Part shown: positions 9,918-21,271 of the stretch, piece after piece
Numbering within the stretch: the stretch's first letter is position 1
Layout of the letters: every line of letters begins with the position of its first letter
DNA from: Bacteroidota bacterium
GTDB lineage: Bacteria > Bacteroidota > Ignavibacteria > UBA10030 > SZUA-254
DNA: 64,000 bases
NCBI GenBank assembly: GCA_035524335.1
Contig: DATKPE010000029.1
Location: 64,918-128,917, forward strand
Direction of reading: 5' to 3'
Position numbers and translations under genes: made by a program
Notes under the pieces: generated by a model
The model's database searches: none
The model's input: the letters and a program-made list of their open reading frames with translations, nothing else
What the model was told of the DNA's origin: nothing

Positions 9918-10760
9918 ATGCCCGGCAATCCGTCAACCGTTCCCGCCTCAGTACGGGAAAAAATCATGCTGGAGAAGCTCGGCCGTCACGAATCGATCGA
10001 ATCGATCGACGAAATGAGCGATGAATACTACGAACACCTCACCAACCTCATGCTCCAGCAAGCCGATTCGGAACTGGCGGGAGGATTCGGATACGTTCCC
10101 TGGATCATGAAAGCCCCCACGACCGAAGAAATGCTCGTCGTCTCCGGCATCGTCCGCGATGAGGTCCGCCACGGTCGCGCCATGTACCGGCTCCTTGAGG
10201 ATCTCCGTTTCGGCGTCGACGACTGGGTTGAAAAAATGGATTTCACCTTCAGGGTCGACGATTCGCTCAACCTCGGCGCCGACAGGGCCTCGGGGGACAA
10301 GCGGGTGAACATCTTCTACTACCCCATTGATTCCTGGGCCGACTTCGTCATGTTCAATTTTCTTATGGACCGCGGCGCCGGACACCAGCTCGAGGACGTC
10401 AAAGTATGTTCTTTCGGCCCGTGGAGAAGGGAAATCGACAGAATCTTCAAGGAAGAAAAAACCCACATCGCCCACGGCGACTACTGGGTCAAACTCCTCG
10501 CCACCGATCCGAAAACCCGTAAGGAAGTTCAGGAATCGTTCAACCGGTGGTGGCCCAGGGTGATGTCGATCTTCGGCAGACCCAATTCCAGAAAGAACGG
10601 CCGATACCGCGACCTCGGCCTGAAAAAGCGCGACAATCACGACGTCCGCCGGACGTTCGAGGCCGAGGTACGGGAAAACGCCGAGAAATGGGGCCTGGTC
10701 GTTCCGGCCTGGACCCCGGACTGGGAAAAAATACCGGAAGATTCCGTCATACCCGGATGA
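9918..10760 (+). CDS. PaaA-like ferritin-fold diiron oxygenase subunit (1,2-phenylacetyl-CoA epoxidase subunit A family), stand-alone
   Basis: Blocks resembling E. coli PaaA from memory: YYPIDSWADFVMFNFLMDRG vs NYPTLSWADIGVIGWLVDG; FKEEKTHIAHG vs CKEESFHQRQG; FNRWWPRVMSIFGRPNS vs INRFWWPALMMFGPNDD. No paaB/C/D/E adjacent. Confidence 0.5.
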   Translation: MPGNPSTVPASVREKIMLEKLGRHESIESIDEMSDEYYEHLTNLMLQQADSELAGGFGYVPWIMKAPTTEEMLVVSGIVRDEVRHGRAMYRLLEDLRFGVDDWVEKMDFTFRVDDSLNLGADRASGDKRVNIFYYPIDSWADFVMFNFLMDRGAGHQLEDVKVCSFGPWRREIDRIFKEEKTHIAHGDYWVKLLATDPKTRKEVQESFNRWWPRVMSIFGRPNSRKNGRYRDLGLKKRDNHDVRRTFEAEVRENAEKWGLVVPAWTPDWEKIPEDSVIPG

Positions 10761-11611
10761 TCGAAACGATCGGCGTCATCGGAGCTGGCACGATGGGAAG
10801 CGGCATTGCCGCCGTCGCCGCCCTCGCAGGTCTCCGCGTCACCGTGTCCGACCGGACAGACCTCCTCCTCGCCGATGGGAAACGCCGGATCGAGAGCTCC
10901 CTGGCCGCTTCCGCGGAGAAGGGAAAAATAACCCAGCAATCCATGGCGGAAGCTCTGTCGCGGCTCGCCTTCGAAACGGCCTCCGGCCCGCTCGCCTCGT
11001 GCGATCTCGTGATCGAAGCGATCATCGAGGATCTTTCGGCGAAGCAGAAGCTCCTGGCCGATCTCGAAACCGCAATCCGCCCCGACTGCATTCTCGCCAC
11101 GAACACGTCATCCCTCTCCGTCACCGCTCTCGCATCCGCCGTCCGGACGCCGGAGCGTGTCATCGGGCTCCATTTCTTCAACCCCCCTCTTCAGATGAAA
11201 CTGGTGGAAGTGGTTCGCGGGGCCCGCACCTCCGCAGAGACATTCCGGCACGCTTCTTCCCTCGTGACACGGCTCGGAAAAACGCCGATCCCCGCCCGCG
11301 ACATCCCCGGCTTCATTGTCAACCGCGTGGCACGGCCGTTCTACGGCGAGGCGCTCCGGATCCTCGGAGAGGGAATCGCACCGGTCGAGGATATTGATGC
11401 CATCGTCCGGGAAGAAGGGGGATTCCCGATGGGACCGTTCGAATTGATGGATCTCATCGGCATCGACGTGAATTATGCCGTGACCCGATCGATGTACGAA
11501 CAGACGTTCGGCGAGCCCCGGTACCGCCCGCACCCCCTGCAGAAAATGATGGTGGACGCCGGCTCTCTGGGCCGGAAAACCAGGAAAGGATTTTACCGCT
11601 ACCCGTCATGA
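10757..11611 (+). CDS. hbd: 3-hydroxybutyryl-CoA / 3-hydroxyacyl-CoA dehydrogenase
   Basis: NAD-binding GVIGAGTMGSGIA, catalytic GLHFFNP, C-terminal PGFIVNR...PMGPFELMDLIG. ATG at 10757 overlaps the upstream stop (ATGA). Confidence 0.8.
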   Translation: MIETIGVIGAGTMGSGIAAVAALAGLRVTVSDRTDLLLADGKRRIESSLAASAEKGKITQQSMAEALSRLAFETASGPLASCDLVIEAIIEDLSAKQKLLADLETAIRPDCILATNTSSLSVTALASAVRTPERVIGLHFFNPPLQMKLVEVVRGARTSAETFRHASSLVTRLGKTPIPARDIPGFIVNRVARPFYGEALRILGEGIAPVEDIDAIVREEGGFPMGPFELMDLIGIDVNYAVTRSMYEQTFGEPRYRPHPLQKMMVDAGSLGRKTRKGFYRYPS

Positions 11612-13269
11612 TCAGCCACCGCACCGTACTTCTGCTGATGCTGTTCGTCATCACCTCGGCCTCCGCGCTTCCCGGCGGATCGGGTTCTCCGTTCGACCGG
11701 TACCGCGTACGCCATTACGATATCGCGGTCTCTTTCGACATCCCCTCAAAAACGTTTTCCGGGCACGTCGTCATGAGCATCGAGCCCGTCGAACCGCTTT
11801 CATCCTGCGTCTACCACGCCTCCTCGCGGGCGATGGTCATTGACTCCGTTCTCCTGGCGGACCGGCCGCTCCGCTTCCGCCGGCAGGGCGACTCCCTCGA
11901 GGTGTTTTTCCCGGCGCCGCGTTCCCCCGGCATCCGCACCGATCTTGTCACATATTATCACGGCCATTCGATCTTCACCGGCCAGTATGACGACGGCGGG
12001 GTCTATGTCCCCGACACAGCACGGTACCAGCGGCTTGCCACCATCAGCGAGCCGTTCTACGCGCGGCGCTGGTGGCCCTGCAAGGATCTTCCCTCCGACA
12101 AGGCGCCCGTAACGATTGCGGTCACCGTCCCGGCGGGATTGAAAGCGGTCTCCAACGGTCTCCTGAAAAGCGCCGACACCCGTGAAGGAAAAACGACGTA
12201 CCGATGGGAAACCTCCTATCCCGTGGCGACATACCTCGTGTCGGTAGCCGTCGCACCCTACACGGAATCCCGTTCCGAATACCATGCGGAAAACGGCCGT
12301 TCGATGCCGGTCGTCATTTACGCCTATCCCGCCGATTCTCAAAAAGCCGCCGCCGATTTCCGGGAAACCGACTCGGTCCTCCACTTCCTTTCACGGACAT
12401 TCTGTGAATATCCCTTCCTTGATGAAAAGTTCGGGTATGCGGAGGTGGACGGCGATCTGACGATGGAAAACCAGACGCTCTGCAGTATCTCCGCCTCCAT
12501 CATCAATGGCACCGGAACCAACAGGATGACGTATATCCACGAGACGGCGCATCACTGGTGGGGTGATCTCATTTCACCGAAGACATGGCACGACACCTGG
12601 CTGAACGAAGGCTTCGCCACATACACGGAAGCGCTCTACGCCGAATACAAAGGGGGACCGGAAAAATACCGTCGGTATGTCAACCTCTGGGCGAGTGTTC
12701 CGCCCGGCTCATACAGATCTCCCGTGATCGCAAAATCCGATACCGTCTTCTGGGATTGTTTCGCACTGTCGGTCTACCTCAAGGGAGCGCTCGTCCTGCA
12801 CATGCTTCGCGGCGTCGTGGGCGACCAGGTCTTCTTCGATATCCTCCGGAGTTACATCCGCGACCCGCGGCTCCGCTATGGGAGCGCCACGACCGCCGAT
12901 TTCATCGGGATCGCCGAGAAGATTTACGGAAAACCGCTTCGATGGTTTTTTGATGAATGGCTCTCAGCACCCCCCGATTCGTCGGACAGGCCTCTGTACC
13001 AGTTCTCGTGGAAGGACGAGCCGGGCCGCACCGGCCGCCGTGTCGCAGTTTCCCTGCGGCAGAAAGGGGCCGCAAACCATCCGTACCGGATGCCTGTGGA
13101 GATCGGCATGTATACCCACGGAGCGGCCGCATACCGGACGTTCATCGACAGTCTCGCGAATCAGGAGGTCCGGTTCGACACTCCCTCCGCACCCGATTCC
13201 GTCGTATTCGATCCGCACGGGTGGATATTCAAGTCTGTTGCGACCGACAGCGGCGGGGCGATGCGATGA
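11608..13269 (+). CDS. M1 family aminopeptidase (aminopeptidase N-like), secreted
   Basis: Signal peptide, GxMEN-type motif (DLTMENQ), zinc site HETAHHWWG...WLNEGFATY (HExxH-18-E). Confidence 0.8.
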   Translation: MISHRTVLLLMLFVITSASALPGGSGSPFDRYRVRHYDIAVSFDIPSKTFSGHVVMSIEPVEPLSSCVYHASSRAMVIDSVLLADRPLRFRRQGDSLEVFFPAPRSPGIRTDLVTYYHGHSIFTGQYDDGGVYVPDTARYQRLATISEPFYARRWWPCKDLPSDKAPVTIAVTVPAGLKAVSNGLLKSADTREGKTTYRWETSYPVATYLVSVAVAPYTESRSEYHAENGRSMPVVIYAYPADSQKAAADFRETDSVLHFLSRTFCEYPFLDEKFGYAEVDGDLTMENQTLCSISASIINGTGTNRMTYIHETAHHWWGDLISPKTWHDTWLNEGFATYTEALYAEYKGGPEKYRRYVNLWASVPPGSYRSPVIAKSDTVFWDCFALSVYLKGALVLHMLRGVVGDQVFFDILRSYIRDPRLRYGSATTADFIGIAEKIYGKPLRWFFDEWLSAPPDSSDRPLYQFSWKDEPGRTGRRVAVSLRQKGAANHPYRMPVEIGMYTHGAAAYRTFIDSLANQEVRFDTPSAPDSVVFDPHGWIFKSVATDSGGAMR

Positions 13270-13961
13270 CCCGGCGGCAGGAGCGGATCGTGATTACCGG
13301 AGACGACCGCCTCAGGAAGGAGCTCGCCGATGTCTGCCGGAGCGCGGGATTCCTCACCGGCGCTCCCGGGTCCGCTGGAGCCCGCAGTGCCCTTTGTGCC
13401 TTCGAAGTCACCAACCTCGACCGTGAACGCAAAAAGAAAAACCTCCGGGCGATCGAGCGATCGGTCCCTTCTGCGCGCGTCATCTTCTCCTCGTCGGTGA
13501 CCGTCACCGTGGACGAGCAGGCGGGGTGGCTGAGGAACCCCGGCCGGCTGGTCGGCATTTCAGCGCTCCCCGGATTCATCGGCAACCGGCTGACCGAGAT
13601 CGCGCCGGGGACTCTGACCTCCCGCGAACGGATTGCGGAAGCCGGAGAAATTCTGGGCCGCTGCGGGAAATCGTTCAGAATTGTCCAGGACAGGATCGGG
13701 ATGGTGTTCCCCCGCATCATCTGTATGCTGATTAACGAGGCCGCGTTCGCCCTGACCGAACAGGCGGCGTCGCCGCAAAATCTGGACAAGGCGATGAAGC
13801 TCGGGGCGCGGTACCCTGCCGGGCCGGTTGAGCTCATCGAAAAGGTGGGAGCATCGGAAATCGTCGCGGTCCTCGATGCGCTCGCCCGGGATCTCGGTGA
13901 GGAGCGGTACCGCACCGCCCCCCTCCTGCGCCAGCTGGCCCTCCAGACCCGGTTTTCGTGA
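13266..13961 (+). CDS. 3-hydroxyacyl-CoA dehydrogenase-like paralog, degenerate (no GxGxxG, catalytic His replaced)
   Basis: ATG at 13266 overlaps the M1 stop. Aligns with Hbd (RERKKKNLRAIE... ~ MELKKKVFAELD..., DKAMKLGARYPAGPVELIEKVG ~ DKAMKLGAGHPMGPFELADLIG). N-terminal is IVITGDDRL instead of the glycine-rich loop, and GMHFFNP is replaced by GISALPGF. Confidence 0.5.
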   Translation: MTRRQERIVITGDDRLRKELADVCRSAGFLTGAPGSAGARSALCAFEVTNLDRERKKKNLRAIERSVPSARVIFSSSVTVTVDEQAGWLRNPGRLVGISALPGFIGNRLTEIAPGTLTSRERIAEAGEILGRCGKSFRIVQDRIGMVFPRIICMLINEAAFALTEQAASPQNLDKAMKLGARYPAGPVELIEKVGASEIVAVLDALARDLGEERYRTAPLLRQLALQTRFS

Positions 13962-14028
13962 ACTTGAATTAGTCGGGCATCTTTCTTATACTTAGTTCTA
14001 TAACAATCACTTCACGGAGTCCACGTTC

Positions 14029-14724
14029 ATGAAACGCACACTGCTGATCATCCTCGCAGCCGCGCTCTGTCCCCTCATTTCGGCCTTCGCACAGCCCAAA
14101 ATTGAGGTCGTCGACGGCACGATGCTGAATTTCGGCGATGTATTTCACGGCAAGAAGGCCGAAAAAATCATCAAAGTCCGGAATGCCGGTTCCGATACCC
14201 TCCGCATTACCGATGTGAGGACGCAATGCGGGTGTACCGCCGCGATGATGACCGATGTCGACAAGCGGCTGGGGCCCAACCAGACGGGTCAGCTTTCCAT
14301 TGCCTTCGACACCCACAACTACACCGGCCAGGTATCCAAACAGGTCTACATCTCCTCGAACGACACGAGCAATCCGAAAGTGACGATCACCTTCACGACG
14401 AACATCATGGACGTGCTGACGTTCGATCCGAAGATGATTTCGTTCAACGACATGAAGGTCGATTCTGCCGCGACCCGGATGGTGACCGTCTTCAATCCCT
14501 CGTCCAAAAATCCGGTAAAGATCCTCTCCGTGGAATCGAAAAACCCCCTCCTGAAGATCAGCTTCATGAAAAATGAGCTCATGCCGGGAGAAAAAACAGA
14601 AATGCAGGCGGTGTTCACCCCCGAAAAATCGGGCCAGTTCCAGGGGGTGGTGGAAATAACAACCGATCATCCCACCGATCCCAAAATCGACATCTCCTTC
14701 TTCGCCTGGGTCAACAGAAAGTAG
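14029..14724 (+). CDS. secreted DUF1573 family protein
   Basis: Signal peptide MKRTLLIILAAALCPLISAFA; hallmark VRNAGSDTLRITDVRTQCGCT motif of the DUF1573 Ig-like family; RBS GGAG upstream. Confidence 0.6.
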   Translation: MKRTLLIILAAALCPLISAFAQPKIEVVDGTMLNFGDVFHGKKAEKIIKVRNAGSDTLRITDVRTQCGCTAAMMTDVDKRLGPNQTGQLSIAFDTHNYTGQVSKQVYISSNDTSNPKVTITFTTNIMDVLTFDPKMISFNDMKVDSAATRMVTVFNPSSKNPVKILSVESKNPLLKISFMKNELMPGEKTEMQAVFTPEKSGQFQGVVEITTDHPTDPKIDISFFAWVNRK

Positions 14725-14731
14725 AACCGCG

Positions 14732-15430
14732 ATGAAAAGCATCCGCCGCATCGTCATACCGACACTGCTCTGCCTTGCTCTGTCGTCGGGCGCATTCCCG
14801 CAGGCATCTCTCGTGGTCCGGGAGGGGATGAATCTCGATTTCGGCCTCATTTACACCGGCCGCAAGTTCGTCAAAAACGTCACCCTCCTGAACATCGGCG
14901 CCGACACGCTTGAGATTTCCAAGCTGAGCGCCTCGTGCGGCTGTACCGGAACCCTTCTCGGCCACGATAAAATAGCGCCCCGGGACAGCACGGTCCTGAC
15001 GATCACCTTCAACTCATCCCGCTTCTCCGGCATTGTCGACAAAGCGGTCACCATGAACACCAACGATCCGACCCAGCCGAATGTCCGGATCGTGTTCACC
15101 GCGAACGTGGTGCGGGTCTTTGCCATCGACCCGGAATACATCGTCTTCCGGTCCACCCCGGACTCGTCCGTCACCGATACCGTATCGATTCAGAACATCA
15201 GTTCCGGTCCGATCCGCATCCTCTCCGCGGAATCGACCTCCCCTCTCGTGAAACTCCAGATGGACAAGAAAGCCCTTGCCTCGGGAGAGACCCTCACTCT
15301 CCTGGCCACTTTTTCGGGCAAGGAACCCGGTACGACCCGGGGCAATATCAACATCCGGACCGACCAGGAAAATCTCCCCACCCTGGAGGTGCGGTTTTTC
15401 TCGCTCATCACCAGGCGGCCGACGCCCTGA
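14732..15430 (+). CDS. secreted DUF1573 family protein (tandem paralog)
   Basis: Signal peptide, same architecture and [21 protein letters not shown] motif. 7-nt gap to the upstream paralog. Confidence 0.6.
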   Translation: MKSIRRIVIPTLLCLALSSGAFPQASLVVREGMNLDFGLIYTGRKFVKNVTLLNIGADTLEISKLSASCGCTGTLLGHDKIAPRDSTVLTITFNSSRFSGIVDKAVTMNTNDPTQPNVRIVFTANVVRVFAIDPEYIVFRSTPDSSVTDTVSIQNISSGPIRILSAESTSPLVKLQMDKKALASGETLTLLATFSGKEPGTTRGNINIRTDQENLPTLEVRFFSLITRRPTP

Positions 15431-15464
15431 GCGTCCCTCCCTCACCGGCGGGCAGATCCCGACG

Positions 15465-16667
15465 ATGAACTCCTTACGTCCCGACGCGCTGATCCTCGCG
15501 GCAGTCCGCACCCCGGTAGGCAAATACCGCGGCCAGCTCAGCTCCGTCCGGCCTGATGACCTCAGTGCTGCCGTCATCAGCGCCCTCATCAGCACAACAG
15601 GCGTCCCTGCCGGACTGGTGGAGGATGTGATCTGGGGCTGTGCAAATCAGGCGGGTGAAGACAACCGGAATGTCGGCAGGATGGGGCTTCTGCTGGCCGG
15701 GCTTCCCGACAGCGTTCCCGGCGTCACCGTCAACAGGCTGTGCGGATCGAGTCTCGAAGCCGTCATCCAATGCGCCCGGGCTGTCTGGTCCGGCGACGCG
15801 GACCTGCTCATCGCGGGCGGCGTGGAGAGCATGAGCCGCGCCCCCTATTCGCTTCCGAAAAACCGGGACGGAAGCTTCGGCAATCAGGTCGCTTATGATA
15901 CCGCACTCGGGTGGCGCTACCCCAACCCCCGCATGAGCGCACGTTTTCCGCTTGAATCGATGGGTGAAACCGCCGAAAATATTGCAGAGCGGTACGGCAT
16001 CACACGGGAGGAGCAGGACCGGTTTTCCCTCGCCAGCCACCGGAAAGCCGTCGACGCCGAAGATGCCGGAAAATTCAGGGAGGAGATCATCCCGGTCGAA
16101 TCCGCCGAAGGGGGAACCGTTGCGCAGGACGAGGGGCCCCGGCGCGACACCTCGATGGAGAAACTCGCTCAGCTTCCTCCGATATTCAGAAAGAACGGGA
16201 CCGTCACCGCGGGAAATTCTTCGGGACTGAATGACGGCGCCTCGGCACTTCTGATCGCCTCGGAAGCGACCGCCCGCAGGCTGAAGATCGAGCCGATGGC
16301 GCGCATTGCCGCGTCGGGAATTGCCGGCGTCGATCCGCGCTTCATGGGGCTCGGTCCGGTTCCCGCCACCCGGCTGGCTCTCCGGAAATCCGGCCTTGCA
16401 ATGGGAGACATCGGGCTGGTGGAACTGAATGAGGCATTTGCGGCGCAATCTCTTGCGGTCGTCCGGGATCTCGGGATCGACGAGTCGGTTCTGAACGTCA
16501 ACGGCGGGGCGATCGCACTCGGGCATCCGCTCGGCTGCAGCGGCGCCCGGATCCTGACGACGCTTGTCCATGAGATGAAGCGGCGCCGCACCCGTTACGG
16601 TCTGGCCACGATGTGCATCGGGGTCGGCCAGGGTATTTCGACGATCGTGGAAAACCTCCTCAGCTGA
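15465..16667 (+). CDS. acetyl-CoA C-acetyltransferase (thiolase II)
   Basis: Thiolase signatures: [11 protein letters not shown] (active-site Cys), [19 protein letters not shown]. Start set to ATG 15465 ([21 protein letters not shown]). Confidence 0.85.
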   Translation: MNSLRPDALILAAVRTPVGKYRGQLSSVRPDDLSAAVISALISTTGVPAGLVEDVIWGCANQAGEDNRNVGRMGLLLAGLPDSVPGVTVNRLCGSSLEAVIQCARAVWSGDADLLIAGGVESMSRAPYSLPKNRDGSFGNQVAYDTALGWRYPNPRMSARFPLESMGETAENIAERYGITREEQDRFSLASHRKAVDAEDAGKFREEIIPVESAEGGTVAQDEGPRRDTSMEKLAQLPPIFRKNGTVTAGNSSGLNDGASALLIASEATARRLKIEPMARIAASGIAGVDPRFMGLGPVPATRLALRKSGLAMGDIGLVELNEAFAAQSLAVVRDLGIDESVLNVNGGAIALGHPLGCSGARILTTLVHEMKRRRTRYGLATMCIGVGQGISTIVENLLS

Positions 16668-16685
16668 TCCGCCTCCCGGCCGCTG

Positions 16686-18539
<1,854 letters not shown>

Positions 18540-18564
18540 CGGGTCGCCCGGGGGTGATGAGAGG

Positions 18565-18921
18565 TCAGAATGCGTTTTCGAGGTGAGTCACCGAGGTCGT
18601 GCCGCGACGGGAGGATACCGCGATGACGTCGAACCGGCACGACTGGTCGTCGAGATCGTGTTCGAAGAGATATCCTTCCGCGGTTTTCCGTATCTGGTTC
18701 TGTTTTTTCGGGGTCACGGCTTCCTCCGGCGCGCCGAACCGTGCGGTGCGCCGCGTTTTCACTTCCACAAAGACAAGGGTGCCTTCGAGAAGGGCGACGA
18801 TATCGATTTCACCCCGCCCGAACCGGTAGTTCTGTCCGACGATACGATAGCCCTTTTTCCGCAAATAGTCAACCGCAATCGTTTCCCCCTTCCTGCCGAG
18901 ACTGCTGGTCCGGTCCGGCAT
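18565..18921 (-). CDS. yraN: YraN (UPF0102) family endonuclease
   Basis: [32 protein letters not shown]...VFVEVKTRR. Start set to ATG 18921 (TGATG overlap with rnhB stop). Classic rnhB-yraN adjacency. Confidence 0.7.
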   Translation of the reverse strand: MPDRTSSLGRKGETIAVDYLRKKGYRIVGQNYRFGRGEIDIVALLEGTLVFVEVKTRRTARFGAPEEAVTPKKQNQIRKTAEGYLFEHDLDDQSCRFDVIAVSSRRGTTSVTHLENAF

Positions 18922-19523
18922 CAGGAAGCATCCTTCCCGGGCATCCGGAAGGATCTCCGGTGAATCTCGCACGGTCCGTATTTTTTGAGGGCGGCAAGAT
19001 GTTCCGGTGTGCCGTATCCCTTGTGACGGGCGAAGCCGTAGACCGGGAATCGCCTGTCATACTCGACCATGATGCGGTCGCGCGTGACTTTGGCGATAAT
19101 GGATGCGGCGGCGATGGTATAACATTTCGCATCCCCGTCGATGATCGGGGTCGAAGGGATGGAGCCGCCGTCGAACCGCGGTCCGTCCACCAGAAGGTGG
19201 TCGGGGATCAGCGACAGGCCGTCGACGGCATCTCTCATGGCCTTCATCGTCGCCTGGAAAATGTTGAGCCGGTCGATGTCGTCATGCGGAACGATGCCGA
19301 TCCCGATGCTGAGCGCACCGCCGCGGATGAGGTCGAAGAGCCGTTCCCGTTCCCGCGCCGTGAGCTTTTTTGAATCGTCGACCCCGTCGATGCCCCCGTC
19401 CTCCGGAAAAATCACGGCCGCGGCAACGACCGGTCCGGCCAGCGGACCTCTCCCCGCCTCGTCGATCCCGGCGATGAACCGTCTGCCCGCCGCCCAGTGC
19501 CGCCGTTCGAATTCCAGGTCCAC
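18921..19523 (-). CDS. rnhB: ribonuclease HII
   Basis: GIDEAGRGPLAGPVVAAAV active-site motif; length 200 aa. Confidence 0.85.
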   Translation of the reverse strand: MDLEFERRHWAAGRRFIAGIDEAGRGPLAGPVVAAAVIFPEDGGIDGVDDSKKLTARERERLFDLIRGGALSIGIGIVPHDDIDRLNIFQATMKAMRDAVDGLSLIPDHLLVDGPRFDGGSIPSTPIIDGDAKCYTIAAASIIAKVTRDRIMVEYDRRFPVYGFARHKGYGTPEHLAALKKYGPCEIHRRSFRMPGKDAS

Positions 19524-19532
19524 AGGTTTCCC

Positions 19533-21260
19533 TTAGAAATGGTTCAACAGGCCGATGTGAAGCTTCCCCTCGGCGAAACTCTCCCCCTTTCCGAAGGCAA
19601 GGATAACGGTAAGAAAACCGATCGGCGAATCGGTCCGTATTCCTGCACCGTAACCGTACTGCATGCTGTTCATCGTACCGCCGCCCGAGCCGACCGCCGG
19701 AGGAAGGGAGGTGAACCCGAGGTCAAACAGGACAAAAAGATGCGACCTGCGTTCCGGCACGAATCTGTATTCCGTATTGATCCAGGCGACCCGGCTTCCG
19801 ATCAGTTCGTTTTCGTTGTATCCCCTGATCGTGGACGCCCCTCCCAGGCGGAAATAATCTTCGGGACCGAGCGCGCTCCCTTCGATCTGCCGCCCGTGAA
19901 TACCTGCCATGAAAACCTGCCGGGGGATCGTCTCACGGAATAGCTCTGCGTCGACCGTCATCGTCTGAACGAGATTGGATACCTGCCCGTCCGGCGAAAC
20001 CGCATAGAGTTTCTTTGTTCCGATGAGATAGGAGGATCCGTACATGAACCCGCCGGTCGGACTGACCGGATCGTTGCGGCTGTCGAACTGGAGGGAGAGT
20101 CCGAAACTGATCGTCCTGCTGGCGGCGACCGGCTGAACGGCAAGGGTGCTCGAAGGGATGACGAGCGTATGCGTCATGAAACCGCCGAAACGGAGAAACT
20201 GATTGAAGGTGACGTCGGCATGCCCTTCCACGGTCCGCCGGACATAGGTGGAATCCTGCTGACGCTGATTGAGTCCTCCGCTTATCCCGATCGGATAACC
20301 GAAAATCCACGGCTCGCTGTAAAAAAGTCTGATATCCTGCGACGAAAAATCGTCTCTCTGCCAGAGGATATCCATCTTCCGTCCTGTTCCGAAGAGGTTG
20401 CCCATGCCGATGTGGACATACCCGGAGGTCGAACCGCCGTTCGCCGGGGTGTACCCCGCGATGGCGTCGAACGTGCTGGTGTTTGCCTCGGTTACCCGCA
20501 GGAGGAGCCCGCCTCCCGCGGAATCGTAAAAGAGTTCGGCCGGCTGGACCGAGGCAAACAGGCCGGTCCGCATGAGAAGCGACGGAATATCCTTCACTTT
20601 CTCCTCGTCGTAGCGCTCGTGCGGACCGATCCGGAGCTCACGGAGAATGACCCCCGGCGCGGTTTCCGTGTTACCCGATATCCGGATCTGATCGATGTCG
20701 ATGAGCCTCCCCTCGTCAATTCCCAGGAAGACGGTGACGCCGCCGGGCCCCCCCCGCTGTCCGAACTTTAGCGAATCGACGGTCACTGCCGCGAAGGGAT
20801 ATCCCGCAGAAGCATAGAGGGTAACGAGGGCAGTGATCTCCTCTTCGAGCCTCTGCTGGGAAAAATACATTCCCTCCCCGGGACGGAAGATGGCGGAAAC
20901 CGTGTCACCTCCGAATGCCCCTGCGCCCCGGGCCTCCACGGTGTCGACGGTGTATCTGAGCCCTTCCCGAATCTGATATCTGAGACCGATCGCGATGCTG
21001 TCGGATCCGGCGGGAAACTGTTCGTATGCGACGGAGGCATTCAGCCACCCGGCCGCCCGATAGAATTTTTCGAGGCGCTCACACTCCCGGTGGAGTTCGG
21101 AGGATGTCGCCACAGAGCCCGGTTTCAGCAGAATGACGCCGAGCAATTCGTCCGGAGTGAAGGCGGCGTTGCCGCTGAACGTGACGGATGCGATGCGGGA
21201 AGGTGAAGCGCAGAGGGTCAGCGGGCATAGGAGACATACGATAAAGATCCGGAATCGCAT
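19533..21260 (-). CDS. Omp85 (BamA/TamA) family outer-membrane protein
   Basis: Signal peptide from ATG 21260 (MRFRIFIVCLLCPLTLCAS). POTRA-like ISGNTETAPGVILREL. Omp85 motif FRLGGASTIRGY. C-terminal ...GLLNHF beta-barrel signature. Confidence 0.65.
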   Translation of the reverse strand: MRFRIFIVCLLCPLTLCASPSRIASVTFSGNAAFTPDELLGVILLKPGSVATSSELHRECERLEKFYRAAGWLNASVAYEQFPAGSDSIAIGLRYQIREGLRYTVDTVEARGAGAFGGDTVSAIFRPGEGMYFSQQRLEEEITALVTLYASAGYPFAAVTVDSLKFGQRGGPGGVTVFLGIDEGRLIDIDQIRISGNTETAPGVILRELRIGPHERYDEEKVKDIPSLLMRTGLFASVQPAELFYDSAGGGLLLRVTEANTSTFDAIAGYTPANGGSTSGYVHIGMGNLFGTGRKMDILWQRDDFSSQDIRLFYSEPWIFGYPIGISGGLNQRQQDSTYVRRTVEGHADVTFNQFLRFGGFMTHTLVIPSSTLAVQPVAASRTISFGLSLQFDSRNDPVSPTGGFMYGSSYLIGTKKLYAVSPDGQVSNLVQTMTVDAELFRETIPRQVFMAGIHGRQIEGSALGPEDYFRLGGASTIRGYNENELIGSRVAWINTEYRFVPERRSHLFVLFDLGFTSLPPAVGSGGGTMNSMQYGYGAGIRTDSPIGFLTVILAFGKGESFAEGKLHIGLLNHF

Positions 21261-21271
21261 TGCCGGTCCTT

